This document shows positions 9,528 through 20,145 of a stretch of 64,000 nucleotides of DNA, piece by piece. The DNA lies in contig DAPZRL010000004.1 in assembly GCA_037465765.1 (NCBI GenBank), positions 569-64,568 of the forward strand, given 5' to 3'. Under the pieces are notes generated by a model. That model was not told the origin of the DNA, searched no databases, and saw only the letters and a list, made by a program, of their open reading frames with translations. The stretch is from Candidatus Ruminococcus ruminiciens (GTDB lineage: Bacteria > Bacillota > Clostridia > Oscillospirales > Ruminococcaceae). How positions within the stretch are numbered: the first letter of the stretch is position 1; every line of letters starts with the position of its first letter. Both the position numbers and the translations under genes were made by a program.

Positions 9528-11528
9528 ATGGCATTAATTAATGTGCTCAGTAAGGAAATATCGGAGCTTATCGCTGCCGGAGAAATAATCGAGCGTCCGT
9601 CCTCTGTTATCAAGGAGCTTGTGGAAAATTCTATAGATTCGGGAGCGAAGCACATTACCGTTGAGATAAAAAACGGCGGAACGACCTATATGAGAGTTAC
9701 CGACGACGGCTGCGGAATGGCCTTTGAGGATGTTCCGACGGCGTTTCTCCGTCATGCCACAAGCAAGATAGTCTCTAAGGAAGACCTTAATAATATTCTT
9801 ACCTTTGGCTTTCGCGGAGAGGCTCTTGCTTCCGTTGCGGCTGTATCAAGGGTGGAGGTCATGACAAAGCAAAAGGATGAGACCTATGGAACTCTTTACA
9901 ACATCGAGGGCAGTACGGAGACTTTTCACGACAGGGGAGGATGTCCCGACGGTACTACGATCATTATCCGCGATCTTTTCTATAATGTTCCGGCACGTCG
10001 GAAGTTCATGAAAAAGGACGTAACTGAGGCAAATGCTGTAAGTAATATCCTACAAAAGATCACAATGTCGCATCCGGAGATCGCTTTCAGGTTTATCCGC
10101 GATAACCGAACTGAATTTAATTCAAGCGGCGACGGTGAATTGTTTTCGGCAGTCTATGCGGTATACGGACGGGATTTTACCCGCGATCTTCTTGTTATGA
10201 ATTATGAATACTCAGGTATAAAGATCAGCGGATTTACCGTAAAGCCGCTGTATTCAAAGAATAGCAGAGCCTTTCAGAACTTTTTTGTCAACGGCAGATA
10301 CATCCGTTCAAAGCTCTGTTCGGCGGCTCTGGAAAATGCTTATACCAATATGATGATGACGGGAAAATTTCCTGCCTGTGTTATGTTTATTGATCTGCCG
10401 CCGTCTGCAATGGACGTAAATATCCATCCTGCAAAAGCGGAGGTGCGCTTTACGGATGAAAAGAATGTATCCGACGCGATTTATTATGCTGTAAAAAATG
10501 CCCTTATGGAAAATGGATTGATCTATGAATTTGAGCTGAAACCCAGAACCGATTGGATGAAAGAGCCTATTAAAGAGGATAATTCCGTACAGCAGGAGTT
10601 TATATTTACGCCTGTCGGGGAAATAGAAAAGGCTGAGCAGGCGCTTAAAGTCGGTGAAGCTTCGGAAGCCAAGCCTGATAAGGCGTCGGAGATCAATGCC
10701 GCTGAAAATGATTGCGGTGAACTTGAAACAGCCGAAATAAAACCTTTTGACGCGTTTAGCGGTTCTTCGGAATCAGTTGCTGTGTCCGAATTTACGCATA
10801 CTGTCAGTCAGATCAGAGAAGAGCATTTGCCAGCCGAAAAAGCTCCCGAAGCTATCGGCGGATTCAGCTACATAAACAGCAGCTCGTTCGCTGAGACGGA
10901 GACTGCTTCTAAAGCCGAAAAAGCCTTGGCAGAGATGAAGTCGGAATGGACGGATAAGCCCAAAATTCGCGTGATAGGCGAAGCTTTCGGAGTTTATATC
11001 ATAGCTGAGATCGAGGACAAAACAATGGTTATGATAGATAAGCACGCTGCACATGAGCGCATAATTTTTGAGCGCTTAAAAAGCCGCAATTGCCGCCGAT
11101 ACAGTCAGATGCTTATGACGGAGATAAGCGTTCTTTTGACATCGGACGAATTCAGCGCTATGGAAACGAATGCCGAGCTTCTTGAGGATATGGGGTTTTC
11201 TTTTGATTTTTCCAAGAGTCCCTGCGTTGTGGCAAAAGCTGTTCCGACATTTGTCATAGAGCTTGACATAGAGGAGATAGTTTCCGAGATCGCTGAAAAT
11301 CTGCGGCTGTACTGTCATGATCCGCAGTCCCATGCTCTTGACGATATGCTTCACACTGTCGCCTGCAAATCAGCGATAAAGGGCAATGACAAAAATGATA
11401 TGCGTGAGCTTCAGGCTCTTGCTGAGCAGGTCTATAACAACGAAAATATTCGCCACTGTCCTCACGGCAGGCCGGTAATGTTCACTATGTCAAAATCAAA
11501 TATAGAGCATCAATTCGGCAGAACATAA
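9528..11528 (+). CDS. mutL: DNA mismatch repair endonuclease MutL
   Basis: IAAGEIIERP, GFRGEALAS, DKHAAHER endonuclease motif, CPHGRP; ATG 9528 follows an RBS. Confidence 0.97.
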   Translation: MALINVLSKEISELIAAGEIIERPSSVIKELVENSIDSGAKHITVEIKNGGTTYMRVTDDGCGMAFEDVPTAFLRHATSKIVSKEDLNNILTFGFRGEALASVAAVSRVEVMTKQKDETYGTLYNIEGSTETFHDRGGCPDGTTIIIRDLFYNVPARRKFMKKDVTEANAVSNILQKITMSHPEIAFRFIRDNRTEFNSSGDGELFSAVYAVYGRDFTRDLLVMNYEYSGIKISGFTVKPLYSKNSRAFQNFFVNGRYIRSKLCSAALENAYTNMMMTGKFPACVMFIDLPPSAMDVNIHPAKAEVRFTDEKNVSDAIYYAVKNALMENGLIYEFELKPRTDWMKEPIKEDNSVQQEFIFTPVGEIEKAEQALKVGEASEAKPDKASEINAAENDCGELETAEIKPFDAFSGSSESVAVSEFTHTVSQIREEHLPAEKAPEAIGGFSYINSSSFAETETASKAEKALAEMKSEWTDKPKIRVIGEAFGVYIIAEIEDKTMVMIDKHAAHERIIFERLKSRNCRRYSQMLMTEISVLLTSDEFSAMETNAELLEDMGFSFDFSKSPCVVAKAVPTFVIELDIEEIVSEIAENLRLYCHDPQSHALDDMLHTVACKSAIKGNDKNDMRELQALAEQVYNNENIRHCPHGRPVMFTMSKSNIEHQFGRT

Positions 11529-11594
11529 TCATATTTTCTGTGCTGCCTTAAACGCGTATAGTTCGCTTTACGATCACAGTAAAAGGAGGATAGC

Positions 11595-12545
11595 ATGACA
11601 AATCAGAATAAACCGCGGGTTCTTGCGATAGTCGGGCCTACAGCCTCCGGTAAAACGGGATTGGGCGTAGAGCTTGCTAAATTTTACGGCGGCGAGGTAA
11701 TATCTGCCGATTCTATGCAGATATATAAAGGCATGGATATTGCTTCCGCAAAACCCTCGGAAGCCGAAAAACAGGGGATCCCTCATCATCTTATAGATTT
11801 TCTTGACAGGGATTCTGTTTTCAGCGCGGCGGATTATGTTAAATTGGCAAAAGAGAAAATTTCAGAAGTGCTCGGCAGAGGAAAGCTACCCATAATTGTT
11901 GGAGGAACGGGACTTTACGTTGATTCTCTGCTTGAAAACGTTAAATTTTCCGAGGGCGGCAGTGATGAGGAATATCGCGGTTCTCTTTATAGTTTTGCAA
12001 AAAAAAACGGTAATGAAGCGCTTTATGAAAGGCTTATAGAAGCCGATCCTGAGGCTGCCGGGAGTATTCATCCGAATAATCTTGTGAGAGTAGTACGCGC
12101 TTTGGAAGTGCTTCATGTTACCGGACGGAAATTCAGCGAGCTTAAAGCCGAGAGCAGAACAGAAGAAAGTCCGTATGATTCGCTGATGATCGGACTTAAC
12201 TATGAGAACAGGGAGGTACTGTACAGCCGTATCAACCGCCGCGTTGACGAAATGGTGGTAAACGGACTCGAAGCTGAGGCTCGTTTTCTTTGGGAACAAG
12301 GTAAGATGCAGACTGCTGCTAACGCCATAGGTTATAAGGAGTTTATTCCTTATTTTGAAAATGAGATATCCTTTGAAGAGTGCATTGACAAAATAAAGCA
12401 GGAAACGCGTCGATACGCCAAGCGTCAGCTTACATGGTTTAGGAAAAATGAACGGATAAAGTGGATTATTTTGGGCGAATTTGCTAAAAAGGATGAAATT
12501 TCAGAAAAATGTAAAAAATGTATAGCAAATTGCTGGAATCTGTGA
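11595..12545 (+). CDS. miaA: tRNA dimethylallyltransferase
   Basis: GPTASGKT, DSMQIY, GGTGLY, YAKRQLTW. Confidence 0.97.
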   Translation: MTNQNKPRVLAIVGPTASGKTGLGVELAKFYGGEVISADSMQIYKGMDIASAKPSEAEKQGIPHHLIDFLDRDSVFSAADYVKLAKEKISEVLGRGKLPIIVGGTGLYVDSLLENVKFSEGGSDEEYRGSLYSFAKKNGNEALYERLIEADPEAAGSIHPNNLVRVVRALEVLHVTGRKFSELKAESRTEESPYDSLMIGLNYENREVLYSRINRRVDEMVVNGLEAEARFLWEQGKMQTAANAIGYKEFIPYFENEISFEECIDKIKQETRRYAKRQLTWFRKNERIKWIILGEFAKKDEISEKCKKCIANCWNL

Positions 12546-12618
12546 TATAATGTATTGTGTCTACTTTTAATCAGTTGAAGCGGACAAAGAATTTTAAAAG
12601 AAAGACAGGCGAATGTGT

Positions 12619-12858
12619 ATGAACAAAACAATCAATCTTCAGGACGTATTTCTTAACCAGTGCAGAAAAGACAGAATAATGGTGACGATAATCCTTACCA
12701 ACGGCTTTCAGTTCAAAGGAATGGTAAGAGGCTTTGATAGTTACGTTGCCATTTTTGACTGCGACGGAAAGCAGCAGCTTGTTTATAAACATGCGATTTC
12801 AACGATCATACCGACCAGATCGGTTTCTATTCTTGATTCCTCAGAAAAAAACGAATAA
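12619..12858 (+). CDS. hfq: RNA chaperone Hfq
   Basis: [23 protein letters not shown]; follows miaA. Confidence 0.96.
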   Translation: MNKTINLQDVFLNQCRKDRIMVTIILTNGFQFKGMVRGFDSYVAIFDCDGKQQLVYKHAISTIIPTRSVSILDSSEKNE

Positions 12859-12868
12859 GGTGATTTGA

Positions 12869-14110
12869 ATGCTCTTTGCTAAACCGGAAGGCAGTTTGAT
12901 GGTGAAGATCCTGCGCAATGCCGTTCTTGTGCTGTTCCTTGTTATCATTGTAAGCATCGTTTATAATTTTGTGAATCGGGAAAGCGATACAGAATGCGCG
13001 CTTGCGGCGGAAGTTACGGATTCAACTGAGTTCAGGGGCGTAATTATCAGAGATGAGAAGCCTGTGACTTATAATGGAAACGGCGTTTTAAACTATAAGG
13101 TCGCGGACGGCGGAAAGCTTGGCGGCGGAAGCGTGATTGCAGAGGTTTATCCCGATGAAGGGCAGATCAGCAGAAACCGCGAGATCGAAAAGCTTACAAG
13201 AGAGCTTGCTCTCCTCGAAAAGATACAGAATCCCGGCACTCTTGAATCGGCGCAGCCTGCCGGAGTTTCGGCGGATATCGAGGAAAGTTACCGTAATTTG
13301 ATCTACTGTCGGGATATGTATGATTATGATTCGATTCAGCCGGTCATGGAGACGCTGCTTGTCAAGATGAGCACTTATCAGTTAATTACTGACGAGGTCG
13401 ATAATTTTGACCAGCAGATCGCCGACATAAGGACAAGGCTTATGCAGCTTCAGCAGGAGACTGTAAAACCTGTTGAGTCTCCAATAATATCAGACTCTCC
13501 TGCATATTTTGTCAGCTATTGCGACGGATACGAGGACATTCTTGGAAGCGGCAAGCTTGAAAGTCTGACGATCAGTCAGCTGAAAGAAGTTACCGACAAA
13601 AAGCTTGATTCCAAAAACATAGTGGGAAAGCTTGTGGATGGTTACCGTTGGTATATTGCCGGAGTTGTTGATAATTCACGAAAAGAATATGCCGTCGGCA
13701 ACATTGTCAAGCTGAAATTTGAATCCTCTGCGGATCAGTTCAGAGCTGAGGTCGTTGGTGTTCGCGATGAGGGAGATCCCTCAGAAAGTATTATCATTCT
13801 TTCGTGCAGTCGCTTCAACTATGACGTAGTTCAGCACCGAACCGAAAATATTGAGCTTATAAAGGGTAATTACCGCGGTTTGAAAATTCCCCGGGAAGCG
13901 ATAAGATTTGCTCCGGTGAAAGACAAAAACGAGGATGGCGGAGAGACAAGCGTTACTTTCAAGGGCGTATATGTTTTAAAGGGTGAACAGGTAGAATTCA
14001 AGAAAATAGATGTTGTCTATGAGGGCGGCGATTATGTTCTTTCCGATTTTCATGAAGAGGATCCAAGCTACGTTGCGCTTTATGACGACATAATGATCGG
14101 GCATGATTGA
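12869..14110 (+). CDS. Membrane-anchored HlyD-like/coiled-coil protein
   Basis: N-terminal TM, GVIIRDE, coiled coil, GLKIP; found upstream of yggS in clostridial genomes. Confidence 0.6.
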   Translation: MLFAKPEGSLMVKILRNAVLVLFLVIIVSIVYNFVNRESDTECALAAEVTDSTEFRGVIIRDEKPVTYNGNGVLNYKVADGGKLGGGSVIAEVYPDEGQISRNREIEKLTRELALLEKIQNPGTLESAQPAGVSADIEESYRNLIYCRDMYDYDSIQPVMETLLVKMSTYQLITDEVDNFDQQIADIRTRLMQLQQETVKPVESPIISDSPAYFVSYCDGYEDILGSGKLESLTISQLKEVTDKKLDSKNIVGKLVDGYRWYIAGVVDNSRKEYAVGNIVKLKFESSADQFRAEVVGVRDEGDPSESIIILSCSRFNYDVVQHRTENIELIKGNYRGLKIPREAIRFAPVKDKNEDGGETSVTFKGVYVLKGEQVEFKKIDVVYEGGDYVLSDFHEEDPSYVALYDDIMIGHD

Positions 14111-14121
14111 GGGTGTTGATC

Positions 14122-14826
14122 ATGGTGAATAATAAAAACAGATGTGATGACATACAAGAAAATTTAAGAGTTATCCGTGAGAACATTGCGGAAGCCTGCA
14201 GCGGATGCGGAAGGGACCCGGACAGCGTTGAAATAATGGCTGTTACAAAGACAGTTCCGCCCGAGATTGTCAATTCTGCTATTAAAATGGGAATCGGGCT
14301 TATGGGCGAAAACAGGGTTCAGGAATTTCTTTCAAAGCAGGAAAGCTACGTAAATAAAACGGCTGACGGCAAGCCGGTAGAGATCCATTTTATCGGTCGT
14401 CTGCAAACAAATAAAGTAAAATATATTATAGACCCAATGTGCATGATACAGTCGGTTGACAGTATCAGACTTGCAAAGGAAATAAGCCGTCTTGCTTTGG
14501 CTAAGGGCAAGGTTATGGATATTCTCTGCGAGGTGAATATCGGCGGTGAAGAATCCAAAGGCGGTATTGCTCCCGACGGTCTTGCAGAGTTGCTGGAGCA
14601 GGTAACGGCGTTTGACGGTGTACGCCTTAGAGGTCTTATGACTATACCTCCTCCGTCAGAAAGCGATATATACCTTGGAAGAATGGGAGAGCTTTATGAC
14701 AGGTTCTCGGAAAAATACGGTATGGACGTGCTTTCAATGGGAATGACGGGCGATTACGTCCGGGCAGTAAAATACGGTTCGACTATTGTAAGGATCGGTA
14801 CGGGGCTGTTCGGGACAAGAAATTAA
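14122..14826 (+). CDS. yggS: YggS/PROSC PLP homeostasis protein
   Basis: MAVTK, GENRVQE, HFIGRLQTNK, LSMGMT, VRIGTGLFG. Confidence 0.95.
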   Translation: MVNNKNRCDDIQENLRVIRENIAEACSGCGRDPDSVEIMAVTKTVPPEIVNSAIKMGIGLMGENRVQEFLSKQESYVNKTADGKPVEIHFIGRLQTNKVKYIIDPMCMIQSVDSIRLAKEISRLALAKGKVMDILCEVNIGGEESKGGIAPDGLAELLEQVTAFDGVRLRGLMTIPPPSESDIYLGRMGELYDRFSEKYGMDVLSMGMTGDYVRAVKYGSTIVRIGTGLFGTRN

Positions 14827-14919
14827 TATTGTCATACGGTATGCGTCGGTTAGACAGGTAATATCGGCGCTTTCATAGGTTCATTTTTTCGTAAATATAT
14901 AAAAAGAAGGAGTATTCAT

Positions 14920-15381
14920 ATGAAACTTTTTGAAAACATCAAGGAATTCTTTTTTGCAGCTGAGGACGAGGACATTGACCAGACGGATGTGCCTGTACGT
15001 CATTCGCAGAGCGAACGTTCAAGTTATTCGGCAGATTCTGACGAACCTTCCTCTAACGAGGGAAGCAGCAGAAGAAACAAAGTGGTAAATATCCAGACAA
15101 CAGCACAGCTTCAGGTTGTTCTTGTTAAACCCTCTGCCTTTACGGACGCTAAGCAGATCGCCGATCACCTCATTGCAAAGAAAACGGTGGTTCTTAATCT
15201 TGAAACGGCTTCCCCCGAAAATAAGAGAAGAATAATCGATTTCCTCGTAGGCGTAGCTTATGCAAACGGCGGAAGCCTCAAGCCGGTCGCTAATCTCACA
15301 TACATTATTACTCCATATAACGTAGGATTTATTGGCGAGGATCTTGTGGGCGAGCTGGAAAACAACGGCGTATTTATCTGA
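14920..15381 (+). CDS. sepF: Cell division protein SepF
   Basis: VVLNLE...RIIDFL.G..YA; yggS-sepF-ylmH-divIVA order. Confidence 0.92.
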   Translation: MKLFENIKEFFFAAEDEDIDQTDVPVRHSQSERSSYSADSDEPSSNEGSSRRNKVVNIQTTAQLQVVLVKPSAFTDAKQIADHLIAKKTVVLNLETASPENKRRIIDFLVGVAYANGGSLKPVANLTYIITPYNVGFIGEDLVGELENNGVFI

Positions 15382-16130
15382 TGACAGACAAGCTCTTTGA
15401 GGCAAGACTGAGCGACATGACCGACCGGTGTGAACGCAGCGGTGCGGCTGTGTTTTCAAATTTTCTTGACGAACGGCAATGCGCCGAGGCGGAACAGTGG
15501 TGTCCGCGTAATACGGGCGATCTGAAATATATGTTTTTCGGCGGTTATCCCGACGCTAAAAGACGGATGCTTTCGTTTTTCCCAGATTACTGCGAAGCCT
15601 GCATCGTGGAGGAGTTTCCTATAAAATGTCTGACCTTTACTTTCCGCAGAGAGGATAGACTCACTCATCGTGATTTTCTCGGAACTTTTATGGGAATGCG
15701 TTTAAAACGCGAGATAATAGGCGATATTATTATCAGTGAGGGTATCGCTCAGGCGTTCGTTACCGATATTGCCGCAAGACTTATTTTATCAACGGTTTCT
15801 AAAATCGGAAAAATCGGAGTAAAGGTTTCCGACGATTGTCCGTTTCAAATCGAGATAAAACAGGAATTTCAGGAAATAAGCGGTACAGTGGCGTCTCTGA
15901 GGCTTGACTGCGTGATCGGTCTTGCCGCGAAGCTCAGCCGTGAAAATGCCGCAAAGCTGATACGCGCGGAAAAGGTAGATGTTAACCATCTAACAGCCGT
16001 TTCCGTCTCTCAGACTGTTAACAAGGGTGATATACTGTCTGTCAGGGGCAGCGGAAGATTTGTTTTGGCGGGCATTGACGGCGAAACAAAAAAAGGACGC
16101 ATACACATAAGTCTGCGCAAATATATTTAG
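15381..16130 (+). CDS. ylmH: YlmH S4-domain RNA-binding protein
   Basis: HRDFLG, SLRLD, GDILSVRG.GRF. Confidence 0.9.
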   Translation: MTDKLFEARLSDMTDRCERSGAAVFSNFLDERQCAEAEQWCPRNTGDLKYMFFGGYPDAKRRMLSFFPDYCEACIVEEFPIKCLTFTFRREDRLTHRDFLGTFMGMRLKREIIGDIIISEGIAQAFVTDIAARLILSTVSKIGKIGVKVSDDCPFQIEIKQEFQEISGTVASLRLDCVIGLAAKLSRENAAKLIRAEKVDVNHLTAVSVSQTVNKGDILSVRGSGRFVLAGIDGETKKGRIHISLRKYI

Positions 16131-16142
16131 AGGTGAAATGAA

Positions 16143-16691
16143 ATGATAACTTCAAAGGATGTAAGAAATAAAAGATTCGAAAAGGCTGCTTTCGGCTACA
16201 AGCAGGAGGAGATCGACGAATTTCTCAGTCAGCTCGAGGCAGAGCTTGACGAAATGGAGCGTGAGCGTGCCGAGGCAAACAATAAGATCCAGATACTTGC
16301 CGATAAAGTGCGCGAGTATATGAAGGATGAGGACGCTCTTAAAGACGCGCTTCTCGGTGCTCAGAAGCAGGGGCATCAGGTGATTGCCGAAGCAAACGAA
16401 AAAGCCGATCAGATTATTGCTGACGCTGAGGCAAAGGCTGCCGCTCTCGAGGACGAGTCGGTACGTAAGCACGCTGAGACAATGGAAAAGAACCGCGCTG
16501 AGATCGCAAGGGAAAAGGAAGCTCTTATCGAGGCTCAGCAGCAGGTAGCAGAGTTTAAAAAGAGCCTCTTTGATATGTATAAGAGTCATCTTGAACTTAT
16601 CTCCTCGATGCCTGAGAGCTTTGAGGAAGCAGTTTCAGAGCCTGAAACTGCTGAGGAGATCGCTGCGTCCGTATCCGGCGAGAATTATTGA
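16143..16691 (+). CDS. divIVA: DivIVA-domain protein
   Basis: ITSKDVRNKRF..AAFGY...EIDEFL followed by a coiled coil. Confidence 0.9.
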   Translation: MITSKDVRNKRFEKAAFGYKQEEIDEFLSQLEAELDEMERERAEANNKIQILADKVREYMKDEDALKDALLGAQKQGHQVIAEANEKADQIIADAEAKAAALEDESVRKHAETMEKNRAEIAREKEALIEAQQQVAEFKKSLFDMYKSHLELISSMPESFEEAVSEPETAEEIAASVSGENY

Positions 16692-16751
16692 TTATCTGAT
16701 TTAATTTATCGAAAGGAGGGTCTCTCGTTATTTCTGAGAGATCGTTGAAAA

Positions 16752-19523
16752 ATGGCACAGGATTACAACAATACCTTAAATTTACCGGTGACAGATTTCC
16801 CTATGCGTGGAAATCTGCCTAAGAGAGAGCCGGAAACTCTTGAAAAATGGGAGAAAAACAGACTTTATTACAAGATCATTGAGAAAAATCAAGGCAAGCC
16901 CGCTTATATACTTCACGACGGTCCGCCTTATGCGAACGGCGAGATCCATCTTGGAACTGCACTGAATAAAACTCTCAAGGACATAATCGTAAAATATAAG
17001 AACATGAGCGGCTTTTGCTCTCCGTATGTTCCCGGCTGGGACACTCACGGACTGCCTATCGAGCTGAAAGCTATGAAAGCTATCGGTGTTGAGAACGGCG
17101 CTATCCCGCCTGTAGAGCTGAGAAAGCACTGCCGCGATTTTGCCCTTACCCATGTTGCAAATCAGATGAAGCAATTTAAGAGACTCGGAACTCTCGGCGA
17201 TTATGACGATCCGTATGTAACGCTTAAACCCGAGTATGAGGCGCGTCAGATCGAGGTATTCGGCGAAATGGCTAAAAAGGGCTATATGTATAAGGGACTG
17301 AAGCCTGTTTATTGGTGTCCCGACTGCAATACGGCTCTTGCTGAAGCTGAGATCGAGTATTCCAACGATCCGTGTCATTCTATATATGTAAAGTTCAACG
17401 TTACCGACGACAAGGGAATTTTCACAGCGCTCGGTCTTGATCTTTCAAAGATATATTTCGTTATCTGGACGACTACTACATGGACTATCCCGGGCAACCT
17501 TGCTATCTGCCTCGGTCCGGAATATAACTATACTCTCGTTAAGGCAGGCGACGAGTATTACGTAATGGCTGACGAGCTTGTGAAAACTACTATGGAAACA
17601 GCCGGGATAACCGACTATACCACGGAACATCTCTTTACAGGCGCGGAGCTTGAGGGCATGAAAACAAAGCATCCTCTTTACGACCGTCTTTCACCTATCA
17701 TTGTTGGTGACCACGTAACTCTTGAAAGCGGTACGGGATGCGTACATACTGCTCCCGGCTACGGCGTCGAGGACTTCGAGGTCTGCAAGAATTACGACGA
17801 TATCGGAATTCTCGTATGCGTTGATTCAAAGGGACGTCAAACTGCCGAGGCGGGCGAATTCGAGGGCATGGACACCGATACCGCAAACAAGGCTATTGCA
17901 GCCAAACTCGAGGAGACGGGAGCGCTTCTGGCCATTCAGAAGATCGTTCACCAGTACCCTCACTGCTGGCGATGCAACAGCCCGATCATCTACCGTGCGA
18001 CCGAGCAGTGGTTCTGTTCCGTGAATGGGTTCAGAGATGAGGCTGTAAAAGCTATAGAGAACGTTAAATGGATCCCGGAATGGGGCGAGGACAGAATAAA
18101 AGGCATGGTTCGCGACAGAAGCGACTGGTGCATTTCTCGTCAGAGAACGTGGGGCGTTCCGATACCGATCGTATACTGCAAAGACTGCGGAAAGCCGATT
18201 GTAAACGACGAGACGATCAAGGCTATTGCGGATATGTTCCGTAAGGAAGGCTCTGATTCATGGTGGACAAAGGAAGTAAGCGAGTTTATTCCCGAATCTG
18301 TCAAGTGCGAATGCGGCTGCGGCGAATTTACCAAGGAATACGATATAATGGACGTATGGTTCGACAGCGGAGTATCGCATACCGCCGTTATGGAGCAGCA
18401 CGAAGGTCTTACGTGGCCTGCAGATCTCTACCTTGAGGGTGCGGATCAGTACAGAGGATGGTTCCAGTCGTCGCTCCTCACCTCTGTTGTATACAAGGGA
18501 ACAGCTCCATATAAGGCTGTCTGCACTCACGGCTGGGTAGTTGACGGAGAGGGTAAAACCATGCACAAATCCCTTGGCAACGGCATCGACCCGAGCGAGA
18601 TCACAGATCAGTACGGTGCGGATATTCTGCGTCTCTGGGTAGCTTCTTCGGATTACCACTCTGATATCAGAATTTCAAAGACCATTTTGAGCCAGCTTTC
18701 CGACGCTTATAAAAAGATCAGAAATACGGCAAGGTTCATTCTCGGAAATCTCGGCAACGGCAAGGGCTTTGATCCCGATACAGACAGCGTTTCTGACGAT
18801 AAGCTTACCGAGCTTGACAAATGGGCTTTGATGCGTCTCGACGCTCTTATTGATAAGGTGAACGAGGGATATGATTCCTTTGATTTCCATATCGCATTTC
18901 ATGCTATTCATAATTTCTGCGTAATTGATATGTCCAATTTCTATCTCGACATCATCAAGGATAGACTTTACTGCGAAAAGGAGGATTCCGAGCTTCGCCG
19001 TGCCGCTCAGACGACTATGTATCGTATTCTCAGCGCCGTCGCAAGACTTGCAGCTCCTATTATCTCTTTTACAGCGGAGGAAATCTGGCAGTTTATGCCT
19101 CATTCAGCTTCCGACAACAAGGAAAGCGTATTCCTGAATACAATGCCGGAAAAATCCGGAATCGAGTTTTCTGCTGAATTTGTTGAAAAGTGGAGCTTTA
19201 TTTATGCAGCTCGAGAAAGTGCGAACAAGGCTCTTGAGGAAGCAAGAAACAATAAAGTTATCGGTAAGTCTCTTGAGGCGAAAATCATTGTCAAAAGCAG
19301 CGACGAGGATTATGACCGCTATGTGTCCTTGACAAAGCAGCTTGCGGAAGCTCTTATCGTTTCAGATTTTACTGTTGAAAGATCTGACGGTGAAACTTCA
19401 TTTGAAGTCGTAAGGGCTGAGGGCGAAAAGTGTGAGAGATGCTGGTGTTATTCAAAGTATGTCGGCACAAATCACACGCATCCGACTCTCTGTGAGAGAT
19501 GCGCGATTGTGATCGAGGCATGA
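16752..19523 (+). CDS. ileS: Isoleucine-tRNA ligase
   Basis: DGPPYANG, HLGT (HIGH variant), WCISRQR, DQYRGWF, C-terminal CERCW zinc finger. Confidence 0.97.
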   Translation: MAQDYNNTLNLPVTDFPMRGNLPKREPETLEKWEKNRLYYKIIEKNQGKPAYILHDGPPYANGEIHLGTALNKTLKDIIVKYKNMSGFCSPYVPGWDTHGLPIELKAMKAIGVENGAIPPVELRKHCRDFALTHVANQMKQFKRLGTLGDYDDPYVTLKPEYEARQIEVFGEMAKKGYMYKGLKPVYWCPDCNTALAEAEIEYSNDPCHSIYVKFNVTDDKGIFTALGLDLSKIYFVIWTTTTWTIPGNLAICLGPEYNYTLVKAGDEYYVMADELVKTTMETAGITDYTTEHLFTGAELEGMKTKHPLYDRLSPIIVGDHVTLESGTGCVHTAPGYGVEDFEVCKNYDDIGILVCVDSKGRQTAEAGEFEGMDTDTANKAIAAKLEETGALLAIQKIVHQYPHCWRCNSPIIYRATEQWFCSVNGFRDEAVKAIENVKWIPEWGEDRIKGMVRDRSDWCISRQRTWGVPIPIVYCKDCGKPIVNDETIKAIADMFRKEGSDSWWTKEVSEFIPESVKCECGCGEFTKEYDIMDVWFDSGVSHTAVMEQHEGLTWPADLYLEGADQYRGWFQSSLLTSVVYKGTAPYKAVCTHGWVVDGEGKTMHKSLGNGIDPSEITDQYGADILRLWVASSDYHSDIRISKTILSQLSDAYKKIRNTARFILGNLGNGKGFDPDTDSVSDDKLTELDKWALMRLDALIDKVNEGYDSFDFHIAFHAIHNFCVIDMSNFYLDIIKDRLYCEKEDSELRRAAQTTMYRILSAVARLAAPIISFTAEEIWQFMPHSASDNKESVFLNTMPEKSGIEFSAEFVEKWSFIYAARESANKALEEARNNKVIGKSLEAKIIVKSSDEDYDRYVSLTKQLAEALIVSDFTVERSDGETSFEVVRAEGEKCERCWCYSKYVGTNHTHPTLCERCAIVIEA

Positions 19524-19629
19524 GGCTTATCTGATATTCTGAATATTGGATGACCGCTTGAATTAGGACAATATTGCCTGCTGTCCGTCGTGGCGGCAGG
19601 CGTATTATTTGAAAGGATAAATATTTACT

Positions 19630-20145
19630 GTGGCTATACTGCTTGTTGTAATAATTGCTGCACTTGTAGGCTCTGACCAGCTTGTAAAATACTGGGCGGT
19701 CCACTCGCTGAAGCCCAAGGGCAGCATTGATTTTATTCACTTCGGTGACTTTAAGATCATGGATCTTACTTATGTTGAAAACGACGGAGCTATTTTCGGA
19801 AGTATGTCCGGTCAGCGCTGGTTTCTCATCGGCTTTACGGCTATTGTTATAATTGCCGGATTTTATCTCATGTTTCGTTTGAGAAAACGTTCAAAGCTGC
19901 TTATAACGGCAATGATGCTTTTTTTGGCGGGCGGTATCGGAAATCTTATTGATCGTATCAGATTGGGATACGTGGTTGATATGTTTGAAATAAAGCTGTT
20001 TAAATTTGCGGTTTTCAACTTTGCCGACATCTGTGTAAGCTTTGCTTTCGTTATGCTGTTGATCTATGCAATTTTCATCGACCCCAAAATTGAAAAAGCC
20101 AAAAAGGCTGACGAGGCTGCGGAAAAGGCTGAGCAAAATGAGTGA
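19630..20145 (+). CDS. lspA: Signal peptidase II
   Basis: DQLVK, NDGAIFG, GNLIDR, VVD, FNFAD. Confidence 0.95.
   Translation: MAILLVVIIAALVGSDQLVKYWAVHSLKPKGSIDFIHFGDFKIMDLTYVENDGAIFGSMSGQRWFLIGFTAIVIIAGFYLMFRLRKRSKLLITAMMLFLAGGIGNLIDRIRLGYVVDMFEIKLFKFAVFNFADICVSFAFVMLLIYAIFIDPKIEKAKKADEAAEKAEQNE

Noticed and set aside
16692..16751. T-box upstream of ileS
   Set aside because: The gap is only 60 bp and has no T-box motif.
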